In this document: piece by piece, positions 37,362 through 47,410 of the stretch
How positions within the stretch are numbered: the first letter of the stretch is position 1
Layout: every line of letters starts with the position of its first letter
Assembly (NCBI GenBank): GCA_963757595.1
Contig: CAVWRX010000007.1
Span: forward strand, 157,827-221,826
DNA from: an uncultured Chloroflexia bacterium
GTDB taxonomy: Bacteria; Chloroflexota; Limnocylindria; Limnocylindrales; CSP1-4
DNA length: 64,000 nucleotides
Direction of reading: 5' to 3'
Translations under genes and position numbers: made by a program
Notes under the pieces: model-generated
The model's input: the letters and a program-made list of their open reading frames with translations, nothing else
The model's database searches: none
What the model was told of the DNA's origin: nothing

Positions 37362-38936
37362 GTGAGCGGCGGGTCGCAGCGTGACGAGGACGTCCTGCCG
37401 GTCTACGATGCTCCCGAGCCGATCGAGGTCGAGATCGACGACGCGACCGTGGTCGGGCGAGCGAGCCGCCGGGGCTTCGGCCCCGGGCGCGGCGCCGGGA
37501 TCGCCGCGGGGATCCTGGTCGTCCTGGTGGCCGGGATCGCGATCGGCAGCGTCATCAACGAGCCGCGTCCCAGTTCGACCCCGACGACGCCCTCGACGAC
37601 CCCGGCGCCGAACGTCGCCTGCCAGCCGCAGCGATCTGCCGATCCCCCACCGCTCACGCTCTCGGCGCCTGAGTTCGACGAGTCGGCGGTTGGGCTGTTC
37701 GGCGTCTCGTACGGCTCGCTCGAATCAGCGGCCCCGGTTCCCGCCTGGCTCGGGCCACCTCAGGCGGACGCCATTGCGGTCGGACCGGACACGTCGCTGG
37801 AGCTGGCATCGAGGCCACTGGCCTGCATGACCGACGTCCGGGTCTGGGCCCACCCGACGGACACGCTGTCGAGCGGCGGCGACGGTGTCGCGCTGGCAGA
37901 CATGACCGTCGGGGGAACCCTGGCCACCATCCCGTTGAACGGCGCCCCGATCGGAGACTGGGTCCTGCGGGTCGAGGCCAACTTCGCGGCGCAGGATCAG
38001 AGTCAAGGCGCGGAGATCGTGACCAGATCGTTCTTCCGGGTCGTCGTCGCCAAGGGCTTCCGCGGGACGCCGACGCCCGGCACGCCGGCTCCACCCACGC
38101 CAGCCGTAACCCCGCTCTTCGGGACCTGCACGAGCGAGCCGGTGAGCGCCGATATCCCGGTGATCGCATCCGTTGGCGGTGGCGAGCCGGTCACGGGCGG
38201 GACCGCCCCGCTTAGCGATGCCAGCCCTTCCGAGGCCCCGACCCTGGCCATCGAGCCGGGTGACCACGTGCAGATCGCCGTTTTTGGCGGCTGCGCCGTG
38301 AGCTGGACGATTCGCCTGCTCGACCCGTCGTCACTCGGCGGCACCACGGTCGAGTTCCAGCGCAACGACAACGACGACCCGTTGTTCGCCTCGCAGAACG
38401 CCTGGGACGTCGTCGTCGAGGGCACGGCGCTCCTCCAGGCGCACCTCCATTTCCCGGGCGGCCCGACGATCGACCGAACCTGGCTCGTGGTCGCGCAGCC
38501 GTTCCAGGTCCCGGCGGCCTTCGTTGTCGCGGAGGACGGCACCCGCGGCGAGGCGCTGCCAGGCTGCGGCCTGGCGATCAGCCTCGCGAACGGCTACAAC
38601 ACCGCCGACCAGTGCGGCAGTGCCGGGGTCTCGCTCGGGCCGGCCGCCTTCCACGTCCCGGCGTGGACGCCGATCACCTTCGAGATCCCGGGCTGGCAGC
38701 TCCGTCAGTGGAGTGCCGCCTGCGGTGGTCTCTCCGGCGACGCCGGAGACATCTTCACCCCGACCGACGGTTGTGACCTCGGTGGCGGCCTGACCGATGC
38801 GGGCGGGCCACTGACCGATCCGGCGACCTTCGTCCTCCCGCCGACCGACACGGTGGTGGTGGTTCAGGCAGGTGCCATGTCGCCCAACCGCGACTTCTTC
38901 AGCGTCCCGTACTACATCCACGTGATCGCGAAATGA
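37362..38936 (+). CDS. Hypothetical membrane-anchored secreted protein, paralog A (524 aa)
   Basis: A GTG start with GGAGG upstream, a cytoplasmic N-terminus, one TM helix, PT-rich linkers, and a Cys-containing C-terminal domain. It is homologous to the next gene (GDWVLRVEANF...FFRVVVAKG matches GDWIVHVSATF...FFRVVVGSG; GCDLGGG matches GCNLGGS). Confidence 0.65.
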   Translation: MSGGSQRDEDVLPVYDAPEPIEVEIDDATVVGRASRRGFGPGRGAGIAAGILVVLVAGIAIGSVINEPRPSSTPTTPSTTPAPNVACQPQRSADPPPLTLSAPEFDESAVGLFGVSYGSLESAAPVPAWLGPPQADAIAVGPDTSLELASRPLACMTDVRVWAHPTDTLSSGGDGVALADMTVGGTLATIPLNGAPIGDWVLRVEANFAAQDQSQGAEIVTRSFFRVVVAKGFRGTPTPGTPAPPTPAVTPLFGTCTSEPVSADIPVIASVGGGEPVTGGTAPLSDASPSEAPTLAIEPGDHVQIAVFGGCAVSWTIRLLDPSSLGGTTVEFQRNDNDDPLFASQNAWDVVVEGTALLQAHLHFPGGPTIDRTWLVVAQPFQVPAAFVVAEDGTRGEALPGCGLAISLANGYNTADQCGSAGVSLGPAAFHVPAWTPITFEIPGWQLRQWSAACGGLSGDAGDIFTPTDGCDLGGGLTDAGGPLTDPATFVLPPTDTVVVVQAGAMSPNRDFFSVPYYIHVIAK

Positions 38937-39011
38937 CCGACCCGGGGCTCGAGGCGCCGATCGGGCCCGTCCTGGGCGCGCCGCGGCGGAGCCGCGATCG
39001 AGCGCGAATCG

Positions 39012-40481
39012 TTGCCGTCGCTGTTGATCGCCGTCATGGTCCTGGCGACCGGCATCGGCGTCCTGGGCAACGGCCCGATCGGCCAGTCGGGGAGCACGGC
39101 GTCTACGTCGTCGACTAGCTCGATGGCAACCGCGTCCGAGCCCGTAGCCGCCAACTCGGTCCCGCCCACGGCCAGCGGCCCGACACCCGCAGCGTCCTCC
39201 TGCGCCCTGGTGCGGCCAGGTCACCCGCCCGATATCCGGATCGGATCCGGCGGCCCTCCCCAGCAGGGCGTGGCGCCAACCCCCGCTCCATCAGGGGAAC
39301 CGGTCGACGAAGCTGCCTGGCCCGTCCCGTCGATCGAATTGGCGGCGCGGGTCGGCGTCGCGGAGGGGGTCAACCTCCTGGCCGATCTCGACGCATGCGT
39401 GCAGTTCGTAACGGCGGAATACGAGCCCGCCGATCCATCGGTACAGGGGCCGTTCCCGATCACGTGGCACACGATGGAGATCAGCGCGCCGCGTGCGGTC
39501 GTGCCGCTCGGGCCGCTGCCGGAGGGCGACTGGATCGTCCACGTCTCGGCCACGTTCCTCGACTTCCTGACGACGCCGACCTCGATCGACAGCACCGAGC
39601 GGTTCTTCCGCGTGGTCGTCGGGTCAGGCGCGAGGCCCTCGGAGCCGGCGCCGGAGGTGACACCCGCGGTTCCCTGTGTCCCGTGGAACGACGCGGCCCA
39701 GCCACCGGACCTGTTCATGACCGGGACCCAGGACCGGCCCAGCCCAGGCGTCCCGCCGGGCACAGGGCCGCCACCCCCGACGTACGGGATGATTGGATCG
39801 GCGCTCGAGATCAGGACCACCGGCGATGCCTGCGCACTCGCCTGGGAGATCACCGCCTTCAACGTGGACACGAACCGGAGTGTCTCCATCGAGACGCAGG
39901 CGAACCCGGCATATGACCCGTTCCTCGTTACCCAGAACCGCTGGCGGCTGGGCTCGCTGCCGACGGGCCTGCTCCAGGTGACGGCGACGATGCACTATTC
40001 CGCGGACTCGTCGGTCTCGAGGCGCTGGAACCTGATCGTGCAGGATCCGGGTTTCCCCGACGTCGAATTCCGGGCCCCCGACGGCACGTTGGCCCAGGGC
40101 ACGCCGGCCTGCGGCGCGCAGTGGTCCTACCCTGACGCCACGGGCGTGGAGGTGTCGTGCACGGGCGCCGCGGTCCGCGGCGACGTCGAACAGCTGCTGG
40201 CGGCCCCGGGATCCGTGATCCGGGTCGACGCGCCCGGCTGGACGGTGGGCTCGTGGGCAGGCGCGTGCGGCAAGCTCGATCCGTCGGCCAGTCCGTCGCA
40301 CCCATTCATCGAGATCGATGGCTGCAACCTCGGTGGATCCGGCGTCGGTCCGGCCACGGTCGCGTTCGTGTCGCGAGCGGGCGCGCCGGTCGTGCGTCTC
40401 GACCTGACGCTCTACCTGGACGGCGACACGTATCAGCAGGTCACCGGCTCGGTGTACGTCGCGGTCCTACCGACTCCGTGA
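39012..40481 (+). CDS. Hypothetical secreted protein, paralog B (489 aa)
   Basis: A signal/anchor helix, Ser/Thr/Pro-rich linkers, and shared blocks with paralog A. This is a tandem duplication. Confidence 0.65.
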   Translation: MPSLLIAVMVLATGIGVLGNGPIGQSGSTASTSSTSSMATASEPVAANSVPPTASGPTPAASSCALVRPGHPPDIRIGSGGPPQQGVAPTPAPSGEPVDEAAWPVPSIELAARVGVAEGVNLLADLDACVQFVTAEYEPADPSVQGPFPITWHTMEISAPRAVVPLGPLPEGDWIVHVSATFLDFLTTPTSIDSTERFFRVVVGSGARPSEPAPEVTPAVPCVPWNDAAQPPDLFMTGTQDRPSPGVPPGTGPPPPTYGMIGSALEIRTTGDACALAWEITAFNVDTNRSVSIETQANPAYDPFLVTQNRWRLGSLPTGLLQVTATMHYSADSSVSRRWNLIVQDPGFPDVEFRAPDGTLAQGTPACGAQWSYPDATGVEVSCTGAAVRGDVEQLLAAPGSVIRVDAPGWTVGSWAGACGKLDPSASPSHPFIEIDGCNLGGSGVGPATVAFVSRAGAPVVRLDLTLYLDGDTYQQVTGSVYVAVLPTP

Positions 40482-40524
40482 TCAAACGGGCCTCGCGGCT
40501 ACGCTATACTCCCGGCTCCGGCGT

Positions 40525-40600
<76 letters not shown>

Positions 40601-40687
40601 CTTCAACAGGGAACCATGCATCACCCGTTCGATCTCGACCTCGACCTCGGATAGCCGTCCACCGACCGGTGCGACGGCTATCCTGAT

Positions 40688-40718
40688 GACCCCTCGCCGG
40701 CGGCGAGGGGTCTTTCGT
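40688..40718 (+). terminator. Intrinsic terminator after tRNA-Ala(GGC)
   Basis: A perfect 11-bp stem gacccctcgcc / ggcgaggggtc with a 3-nt loop, followed by TTTCGT. Confidence 0.7.
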
Positions 40719-40744
40719 ACCCGGCCGCGGCCCGGCCGGCAGGA

Positions 40745-43310
40745 GTGGCTCCGACGATGACCCAGACCAGCGAGCGAACAGACCGAACCAGGATCGAGCG
40801 GTATGACCCCGTCTCGATCGAACCGCGCTGGCAGGCGAAGTGGGCCGAGCTCGGGCTCTACCGGACCGACCTCCACGACAAGGAACGGCCGCGCTTCTAC
40901 CTGCTGACGATGTACCCCTACCCGTCGGGCGACATCCACATCGGGCACTGGTACATCATCACGCCGACCGACGCCATCGCCCGGTTCCACCGGATGCACG
41001 GCGAGAACGTCTTCCTGCCGATCGGCTTCGACGCGTTCGGGCTGCCGGCCGAGAACGCCGCGATCAAGAACAACATCAACCCCCGCGACTGGACGATGCG
41101 CAACATCGACAACATGCGGCGCCAGCTGCGATCGATGGGCGCGACGTTCGACTGGGAGTCGGAGGTCGTCACCGCCGACCCGGACTACTACCGCTGGAAC
41201 CAGTGGTTCTTCCTGCAGTTCCTGAAGGCCGGGCTGGCCTATCGGGCAACGTCGCCGGTCGACTGGTGCCCCAACGACGGGACGCTGGCCCGGGAGCAGG
41301 TCGAGGGCGTCGATCGGCACTGCTGGCGATGCGGCGCGAAGGTCGAGAAGCGCGATCTCGCCCAGTGGTATCTCAAGGTCACGAACTACGCCGATGAGCT
41401 CCTCGACTTCACGGGGCTCCAGTGGCCGGACCCGATCAAGACCCAGCAGACGAACTGGATCGGCCGGAGCGAGGGGGCCGAGGTCGTGTTCGAGACCGCG
41501 CCCTCGGCACACCATGCCGGCGGCGAGCCGCTCCGCGTCTTCACGACGCGGCCCGACACGCTCTTCGGGGCGACGTTCATGGTCCTCGCACCCGAGCACC
41601 CGCTCGTCGCCGCGCTCACCGCGACCGAGCGACGCGCCGATGTCGAGGCCTACGTGGCGCAGGCTGCGCTGCGCACGGAGATCGACCGCCTCTCGACCGA
41701 TCGCGAGAAGACCGGCGTCGCGCTCGGCGCCGACGCGATCAACCCGGTCAACGGGGAGCGGATCCCGATCTTCGTCGCGGACTACGTCCTCGGCGGCTAC
41801 GGCACGGGCGCCATCATGGCCGTCCCCGCGCACGACGAACGCGACTATGCCTTCGCGGAGAAGTTCGGGCTGCCGATCCGGCGCGTCGTCGCGGCGGCCG
41901 GGGACGAGGATCGCGAGCTCGAGGGCGCGTACGTCGCCCATTCCGCGGACGAGCGGCTGGTGAACAGCGGCCCGTACTCCGGCGTGGCCGCCGACGAGGC
42001 CGGGCGGGCGATCGTTGCCGAGCTCGAATCACGTGGCGCGGGCAAGGCCGCCGTCACGTACCGGCTCCGGGACTGGCTGGTCAGCCGCCAGCGCTACTGG
42101 GGCGCCCCGATCCCGGTCATCTACTGCGACCGCGACGGGATCGTGCCGGTACCCGACGAAGACCTGCCGGTACGGCTGCCCGATACGGTCGACTACCGGG
42201 GCAGCGGCGAGAACCCACTCGCTCGCGACGAAGCATTCCTCAACGTGACGTGCCCGAAGTGCGGCGGCCCGGCGCGGCGCGAGACCGACACGATGGACAC
42301 CTTCGTGGACTCGTCGTGGTACTGGTTCCGCTACCTGTCACCGGAGAAGGCCGGCGCGCCGATCGAGCGGACGCTCGTCGACCAGTGGACCCCGGTCGAC
42401 CAGTACACCGGCGGCTCGGAGCACGCGGTCATGCACCTCCTCTACGCTCGCGAGTGGACGAAGATGATGCGTGACATCGGCCTCGTGGACCAGAGCGAGC
42501 CGTTCCGGCGCCTCTTCAACCAGGGCCAGATCCTGGGCCTCGACGGCGAGCGGATGTCGAAGTCGCGCGGCAACGTCGTCGATCCGGACGACCTCGTCGC
42601 GCGCTACGGCGCGGACACGATCCGGCTGTTCCTGATGTTCATGGGCCCCTGGGACCAGGGCGGCCCATGGAGCCCGACCGGCATCGGCGGCGTGCACCGG
42701 TTCCTGAACCGGGTCTGGACGCTGACGCTGGACCCGCACGGGACTGATCCCGGCGACAAGGACGCCGGGCGCCTTCCAGAAGACGAAACCGCCGCCGACG
42801 CGTCGGCGACGATCCGGAGCGCCGCCCATCGGACGCTCCGGGACGTGACTGCGGACTACGAGAAGCTTCCACTTCAACACGATGGTCGCGAAGCTGATGG
42901 AGCTCTCGAACACGCTCCAGCGATACCGCGGGACCGAGGTCGCCGGAAGCGAGGCATGGAACGAGGCGGTCCGCCTGCTGCTGCTCATGCTGGCCCCGGC
43001 CGCACCCCATGTGACGGAGGAGCTGTGGGCGCGGACGCTGGCGGCCCGGGGTGCGCCGTGGGCGTCGATCCACGTCCAGTCCTGGCCCGCGGTCGATGCG
43101 GCTGCGGTGGTCGAGACGACCCGGGAGGTCCCGGTCCAGGTGAACGGCAAGCTGCGCGACCTGGTCGTGGTGCCGACCGCCACGACGGACGCCGAGCTCG
43201 AGGCGTTGGCGCTGGCCTCGCCGAAGGTCCAGGCCGCGCTCGCGGGGCGGGTCCCGAAGCGGGTGGTCGTCGCGGGCGGCGGTCGCCTGGTCAACCTTGT
43301 CGTCGGGTGA
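40745..43310 (+). CDS. leuS: Leucyl-tRNA synthetase, with an apparent 1-nt insertion at ~42866
   Basis: HIGH-type (PYPSGDIHIGHW) and KMSKS (ERMSKSRGN) motifs plus the CP1 editing domain. After ...DVTADYEK the frame shifts. The correct continuation FHFNTMVAKLMELSNTLQ...VNLVVG lies in ORF 42882..43310, and an extra c sits in gagaag-c-ttccacttc. The start is GTG 40745 or ATG 40757. Confidence 0.88.
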
Positions 43311-43368
43311 GCCCGTCGCCATCGACCCGTGGCGTGCCTCCGACCTCGCGCTCGAGGCGTGGGCGGCG

Positions 43369-43868
43369 ATGACGGCCCGCGAGGACGTGACCGCGACGCC
43401 GAGCGACGGCGCTGATCCGGCCATCGAGCTGCGGGAGATCACCAGTCCGAGACGGTGCGCGCCATCTGCCGCCTGGCCGTGGCCCCGTCCCAGATGTCCT
43501 TCGTCGCGCCGAACGCCGTATCGCTGGCCGAGGCCCTGTTCGAGCCGAAGGCCTGGTACCGGGCGATCTACGCCGGCGACGAGCCCGTTGGCTTCGCGAT
43601 GCTCTCGATCGATATCGCGACGCCCGAGTACTACCTGTGGCGATTCATGATCGCCGAGGGGCAGCAGCGTCGAGGCTTCGGACGCGCCGCGATGGCGGCG
43701 ATCGTCGAGCATGTCCGGACCCTGCCAAATGCCACCGAGCTGCTGGTCAGCTGGGTGCCGGCGGAGGGCGGCCCCGAGCCGTTCTATCGCGGCCTCGGGT
43801 TCGTGCCGACTGGCGTCATGCATGAGGCCGAGGTCGAGGCCCGACTCGAGCTCGCCGCACGGGGCTGA
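43369..43868 (+). CDS. GNAT-family N-acetyltransferase, with an apparent frameshift at ~43440-43450
   Basis: The C-terminal part has the GNAT acetyl-CoA motif (QQRRGFGRAAMAAIVEHV). The N-terminus (MTAREDVTATPSDGADPAIELREIT) is in another frame and is joined at atcaccagtccgag. Confidence 0.6.
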
Positions 43869-44031
43869 TCGGCGACGGCTGCTACCGTAGGCGATACCTT
43901 CGCCGTCTCCAGCCAGAGGCGACGCGGGTAGAGCCCGGAGGGCGGAACTGTCCTTCGGGCTCGCTCACCTCGACGCAACGTCTCGAAGCGCGGCGGTCGA
44001 GCGGAGGCTACGCGCCCCTACCGCATACGAG

Positions 44032-44661
44032 TCACGCCTGGGTTTCCGCCCGTTTCATCGGCGGATCGGCCGCCTTCGCGCGCTCGCGGTGGCGGGCCGC
44101 CTTGGCCCGGTTGCCACAGGTCCTCATGTCGCACCAGCGTCGGCGCCCGGTGGGCGACGCGTCGTAGAAGGTCCAGCGGCAGGTGTCGCTGGCGCAGGTC
44201 CGGAAGCGATCGGGTCGCCCGCTGGCGAGCTCGCCCACGATCGGGGCCGCCAGGACCGAGAGCGCGTCGTCGACCGAGGATGCCGGATGGTGATGCCCGA
44301 CGCGGATCGTGGCGCCGTCGAGCTCCACGCGCGGTGCGGCCCCGGCGGCCAGGACCTCGTTGACGAGGGTTACCGCAACAGGCGCCGGACGGCGGTCCTC
44401 GACAACGGCATCGACCACCTCGCGCAGGGCGTCCCTGACGCGACGGACGCGCTCGAGGTCCATGGCATTCCATGGCCGATCCTCGGTCGAGTGGAGGACG
44501 CCCTGGTCGACAAACCACGCCGATGCGTCCGAGGGCTGGGCCAGGCGATCGACGAGTTCGCCGGACTCGAGCTCGTGCGTGTTCAGAAACTCGAGTGCGT
44601 CCTCCACGGAGAGGCCGTGCTCGTGGTCAGGATGATGGGGCAGCGCGTTCACGGTAACCAC
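44032..44661 (-). CDS. ABATE-domain / CGNR zinc-finger protein
   Basis: A C-terminal CGNR signature CASDTCRWTFYDASPTGRRRWCDMRTCGNRAK. GTG start. Confidence 0.75.
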   Translation of the reverse strand: MVTVNALPHHPDHEHGLSVEDALEFLNTHELESGELVDRLAQPSDASAWFVDQGVLHSTEDRPWNAMDLERVRRVRDALREVVDAVVEDRRPAPVAVTLVNEVLAAGAAPRVELDGATIRVGHHHPASSVDDALSVLAAPIVGELASGRPDRFRTCASDTCRWTFYDASPTGRRRWCDMRTCGNRAKAARHRERAKAADPPMKRAETQA

Positions 44662-44671
44662 CTTATACCTG

Positions 44672-44700
44672 TTGACAGGTTACGCGCAACTGGGTAAAGT
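44672..44700 (+). promoter_or_regulatory. Near-consensus sigma-70-type promoter (TTGACA-17-TAAAGT) driving the small ORFs at 44755 and 44927; it lies in the divergent region with the CGNR gene
   Basis: Hexamers and spacing were read directly from the sequence. Three GGTWACC half-palindromes (44653, 44678, 44706) flank it. Confidence 0.5.
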
Positions 44701-44754
44701 TCACCAGTAACCAATAACACGGCCTGAAAAGGTTAGCAAACACCGGAGCGTCCC

Positions 44755-44883
44755 ATGGAAATGATCACGACCGCCATGCTCATTGCCCTCGCGATCCTTG
44801 GTGGCGCTGGCCTCCTGGGAGCAGCCAGCCTCACGTTTGGAACCGACTCGCGGCCGGGCCTTGGCGACGACCACGCCCGCTGA
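44755..44883 (+). CDS. Putative 42-aa membrane peptide
   Basis: MEMITTAMLIALAILGGAGLLGAASLTF... GGAG lies 9 nt upstream. It is downstream of the strong promoter. Confidence 0.4.
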   Translation: MEMITTAMLIALAILGGAGLLGAASLTFGTDSRPGLGDDHAR

Positions 44884-44926
44884 GACCGGACCGCCACTTC
44901 ATTTCGCCCCCTGACATGGAGAAATC

Positions 44927-45136
44927 ATGAACGCCCTAGCTGCCCTTGTCGTCGCTCATCACCTCGAGGACCTCATGCGTGAGGCCGAAGCGGAGCGGCG
45001 CGCCCGCCTGCTCCGCGCGGCCAATCCGAAGCCAAGCAGGCGACTGTTCGGTCTCGGGCGACGGATCGAGTCGATCATCAGCCGCGTTCGGGGCCAGGTG
45101 TCCCGGTCGATCAGGCCGCGACCCGCCGGCGCCTGA
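44927..45136 (+). CDS. Hypothetical 69-aa basic protein
   Basis: GGAGAAATC precedes the ATG. No family recognised. GC3 is mixed. Confidence 0.35.
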   Translation: MNALAALVVAHHLEDLMREAEAERRARLLRAANPKPSRRLFGLGRRIESIISRVRGQVSRSIRPRPAGA

Positions 45137-45308
45137 TCGACGAAGCGCGCCCAGCGTGCCCGGTCGCGTGGGCAACGTGGCGACCAGCCAACTGACCGGC
45201 GCGAACGTTCGCGGTCGCTTGAGTGCGTCCCGGCGCACGCGCACCGCGGCCGGGGCGTCGGGGCGCCGCTGAAGCCGAGGCGATCTTGATCCGCCCTAGA
45301 CTGGCTCC

Positions 45309-46247
45309 ATGACAGACATCAAGCTCGGCGCGCTCTGCTGGAACCAGTACTCCGATTGGGATTCGCTCCTCGAGGCGGGCGTTCGCGCCGACCAGCTCGG
45401 CTACGACACGCTCTGGACGTGGGATCACCTCTACCCCATCGTCGGCAACTCGAACGGCCCCAACTACGAGGGCTGGCTGACGATCACCGCCTGGGCGCAG
45501 GCGACCACGCGAATCCGCGTGGGCCTGATGGTCGGCGCGAATACCTTTCGGACGCCGACGCTGACGGCGAAGATGGCAACGACGCTCGACCACGTCAGCC
45601 ACGGCCGCGCGATTCTCGGCATCGGCGGGGCATGGTTCGAGGAGGAGCACGAGGCGTTCGGCCTCGAGTTCGGCTCCGGGTTTCCCGAGCGGCTGCGTTG
45701 GTTGGGCGAGGCGCTGCCCGTCATGCGCGGCATGCTCGACGGCAAGGAGCCGTCCGCGAAAGGCGACCACTACCGGGCCAGGAACGTCCGCAATCTCCCC
45801 TTGCCCGTCCAGGACCACCTGCCGATCTGCATCGGCGGCGGCGGCGAGCGGGTGACGCTCAAGCTCGTCGCCCAGTACGGCGACATGAACAACATCGGGG
45901 GGACACCGGACGTGATGCGCCACAAGGAGGAGGTCCTCCTGGGCCACTGCGAGGCGCTCGGGCGCGACCCCGACACGATCGAACGCACCACCGGGATCGG
46001 GACGGTATTCATCCGCGACGATCCCAGAGAGGCGCAACGACTCTTCGAGGCGGCGTTTGCCCGGAACCGCGTAGCGCGACTCTGGACCGAGCAGCCGGTT
46101 GGCACGGTGGAGCAGGTGGTCGAGCACCTTGCTCCGAAAGTGCGCCTTGGCTACCGCCACCTCATCGCCGGCATCCCCGCCGACTATGACGAGGAGTCGA
46201 TGACCCGCTTCGCCACCGAGGTCAGGCCGCTCCTCGAGCAGCTCTAG
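45309..46247 (+). CDS. LLM-class (luciferase-like) F420/flavin-dependent oxidoreductase
   Basis: TIM-barrel LLM blocks (DQLGYDTLWTWDHL, AILGIGGAWFEEEHEAFG, LPICIGGGGER). Confidence 0.8.
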   Translation: MTDIKLGALCWNQYSDWDSLLEAGVRADQLGYDTLWTWDHLYPIVGNSNGPNYEGWLTITAWAQATTRIRVGLMVGANTFRTPTLTAKMATTLDHVSHGRAILGIGGAWFEEEHEAFGLEFGSGFPERLRWLGEALPVMRGMLDGKEPSAKGDHYRARNVRNLPLPVQDHLPICIGGGGERVTLKLVAQYGDMNNIGGTPDVMRHKEEVLLGHCEALGRDPDTIERTTGIGTVFIRDDPREAQRLFEAAFARNRVARLWTEQPVGTVEQVVEHLAPKVRLGYRHLIAGIPADYDEESMTRFATEVRPLLEQL

Positions 46248-46684
46248 GCGCGTCCCACGGCATCCGCGCATCCGATGTGCGACCGGCGCCACGCTCGTCC
46301 GGGACCCGGGAAGGCAGGACCCGGGGCTGCTCCGGAGTCACCCGGCGGCAACGTGCGTTCGCCACAGGATCGTGTTGTCCTTGTGGAGGTCAGACGTCCA
46401 GATCAGCGAGGCCGGGCGCAGGGCTCCTTGTCCGGGTTCAATGCGGGCCCCGGAGGCGACCGGGCGCGTTCCTGCTCGAATGAATGGCCAATGTTGACGT
46501 GTTTCGATGCCGCTCGCAGCTCGGACTTCTCACTCTCCGGCACCGATCGCCGCCGCCTCTTGCCGCAGGTAAGTCGCAGATAAGCGACGACGCCTAGGGT
46601 TCGGCCACGTCCCGTCCGACGAAGTGCCCCGGCGGACGGGACGTCTGTCCGTACCCGCCCGCATCCCCGCCGGGCGAGGATTCC

Positions 46685-47410
46685 GTGGATCCTTCCTCCG
46701 CGCCCTGGCGCGCCTTCGAAACGGGTGATCCCGGCGCACCGGACGACCCCCACCGCTCCGGTCGCGGGACCGGCCGGGACGGCCCTGCGGCCGGAACGCA
46801 ACCGGTTCCGCGCACCGTGCTCCTCGGCGCACTCGCGGCGATCGTGCTGCTCGGCGCCGGCGCCGTCGCGATGGCCTCCGGTGGCACGGACCCGGAGATC
46901 GTCGTCGGACCCGGTGCGAGTGGCGACAGCGAGCCCTCGAGCTCGGCGATCACCCTCGTCGTCGATGTCGGTGGGGCCGTGGTCAAGCCCGGCGTCTACC
47001 ACCTGCCGCCCGGGTCGCGGATCAGCGATGCGATCGCCGCGGCCGGCGGGTACGGTCCGCGGGTCGACGCGGAACGGACGGCGGCCGCCCTGAACCTCGC
47101 GTCGCCGCTCGAGGATGGCCAGCAAGTCCAGGTTCCGTCTCGAGACGACCCCTCCGGCGAGGGGGTCGGGGCACCTGGCAGGTCGCCGTCGACCGGCGGC
47201 CAGGGCACCTCGGCGGGCGGCCTGGTCGACCTGAACCGTGCCTCGCAGGCCGAGCTGGAGGCGCTGCCCGGCATCGGGCCCGTGACGGCGGGAAAGATCA
47301 TCGCGTCGCGCGAGACGACACCCTTCACCGCCGTCCAGGACCTCCGCGATCGAAAGCTGGTCGGCCAGAAGACGTTCGACGGGCTCAAAGACCTCGTCTC
47401 GGTTCGCTGA
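46685..47410 (+). CDS. comEA: Competence protein ComEA (SLBB domain plus a helix-hairpin-helix pair)
   Basis: TM anchor, SLBB (VDVGGAVVKPGVYHLPPGSRISDAIAAAGG), and HhH (VDLNRASQAELEALPGIGPVTAGKII). Confidence 0.85.
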   Translation: MDPSSAPWRAFETGDPGAPDDPHRSGRGTGRDGPAAGTQPVPRTVLLGALAAIVLLGAGAVAMASGGTDPEIVVGPGASGDSEPSSSAITLVVDVGGAVVKPGVYHLPPGSRISDAIAAAGGYGPRVDAERTAAALNLASPLEDGQQVQVPSRDDPSGEGVGAPGRSPSTGGQGTSAGGLVDLNRASQAELEALPGIGPVTAGKIIASRETTPFTAVQDLRDRKLVGQKTFDGLKDLVSVR

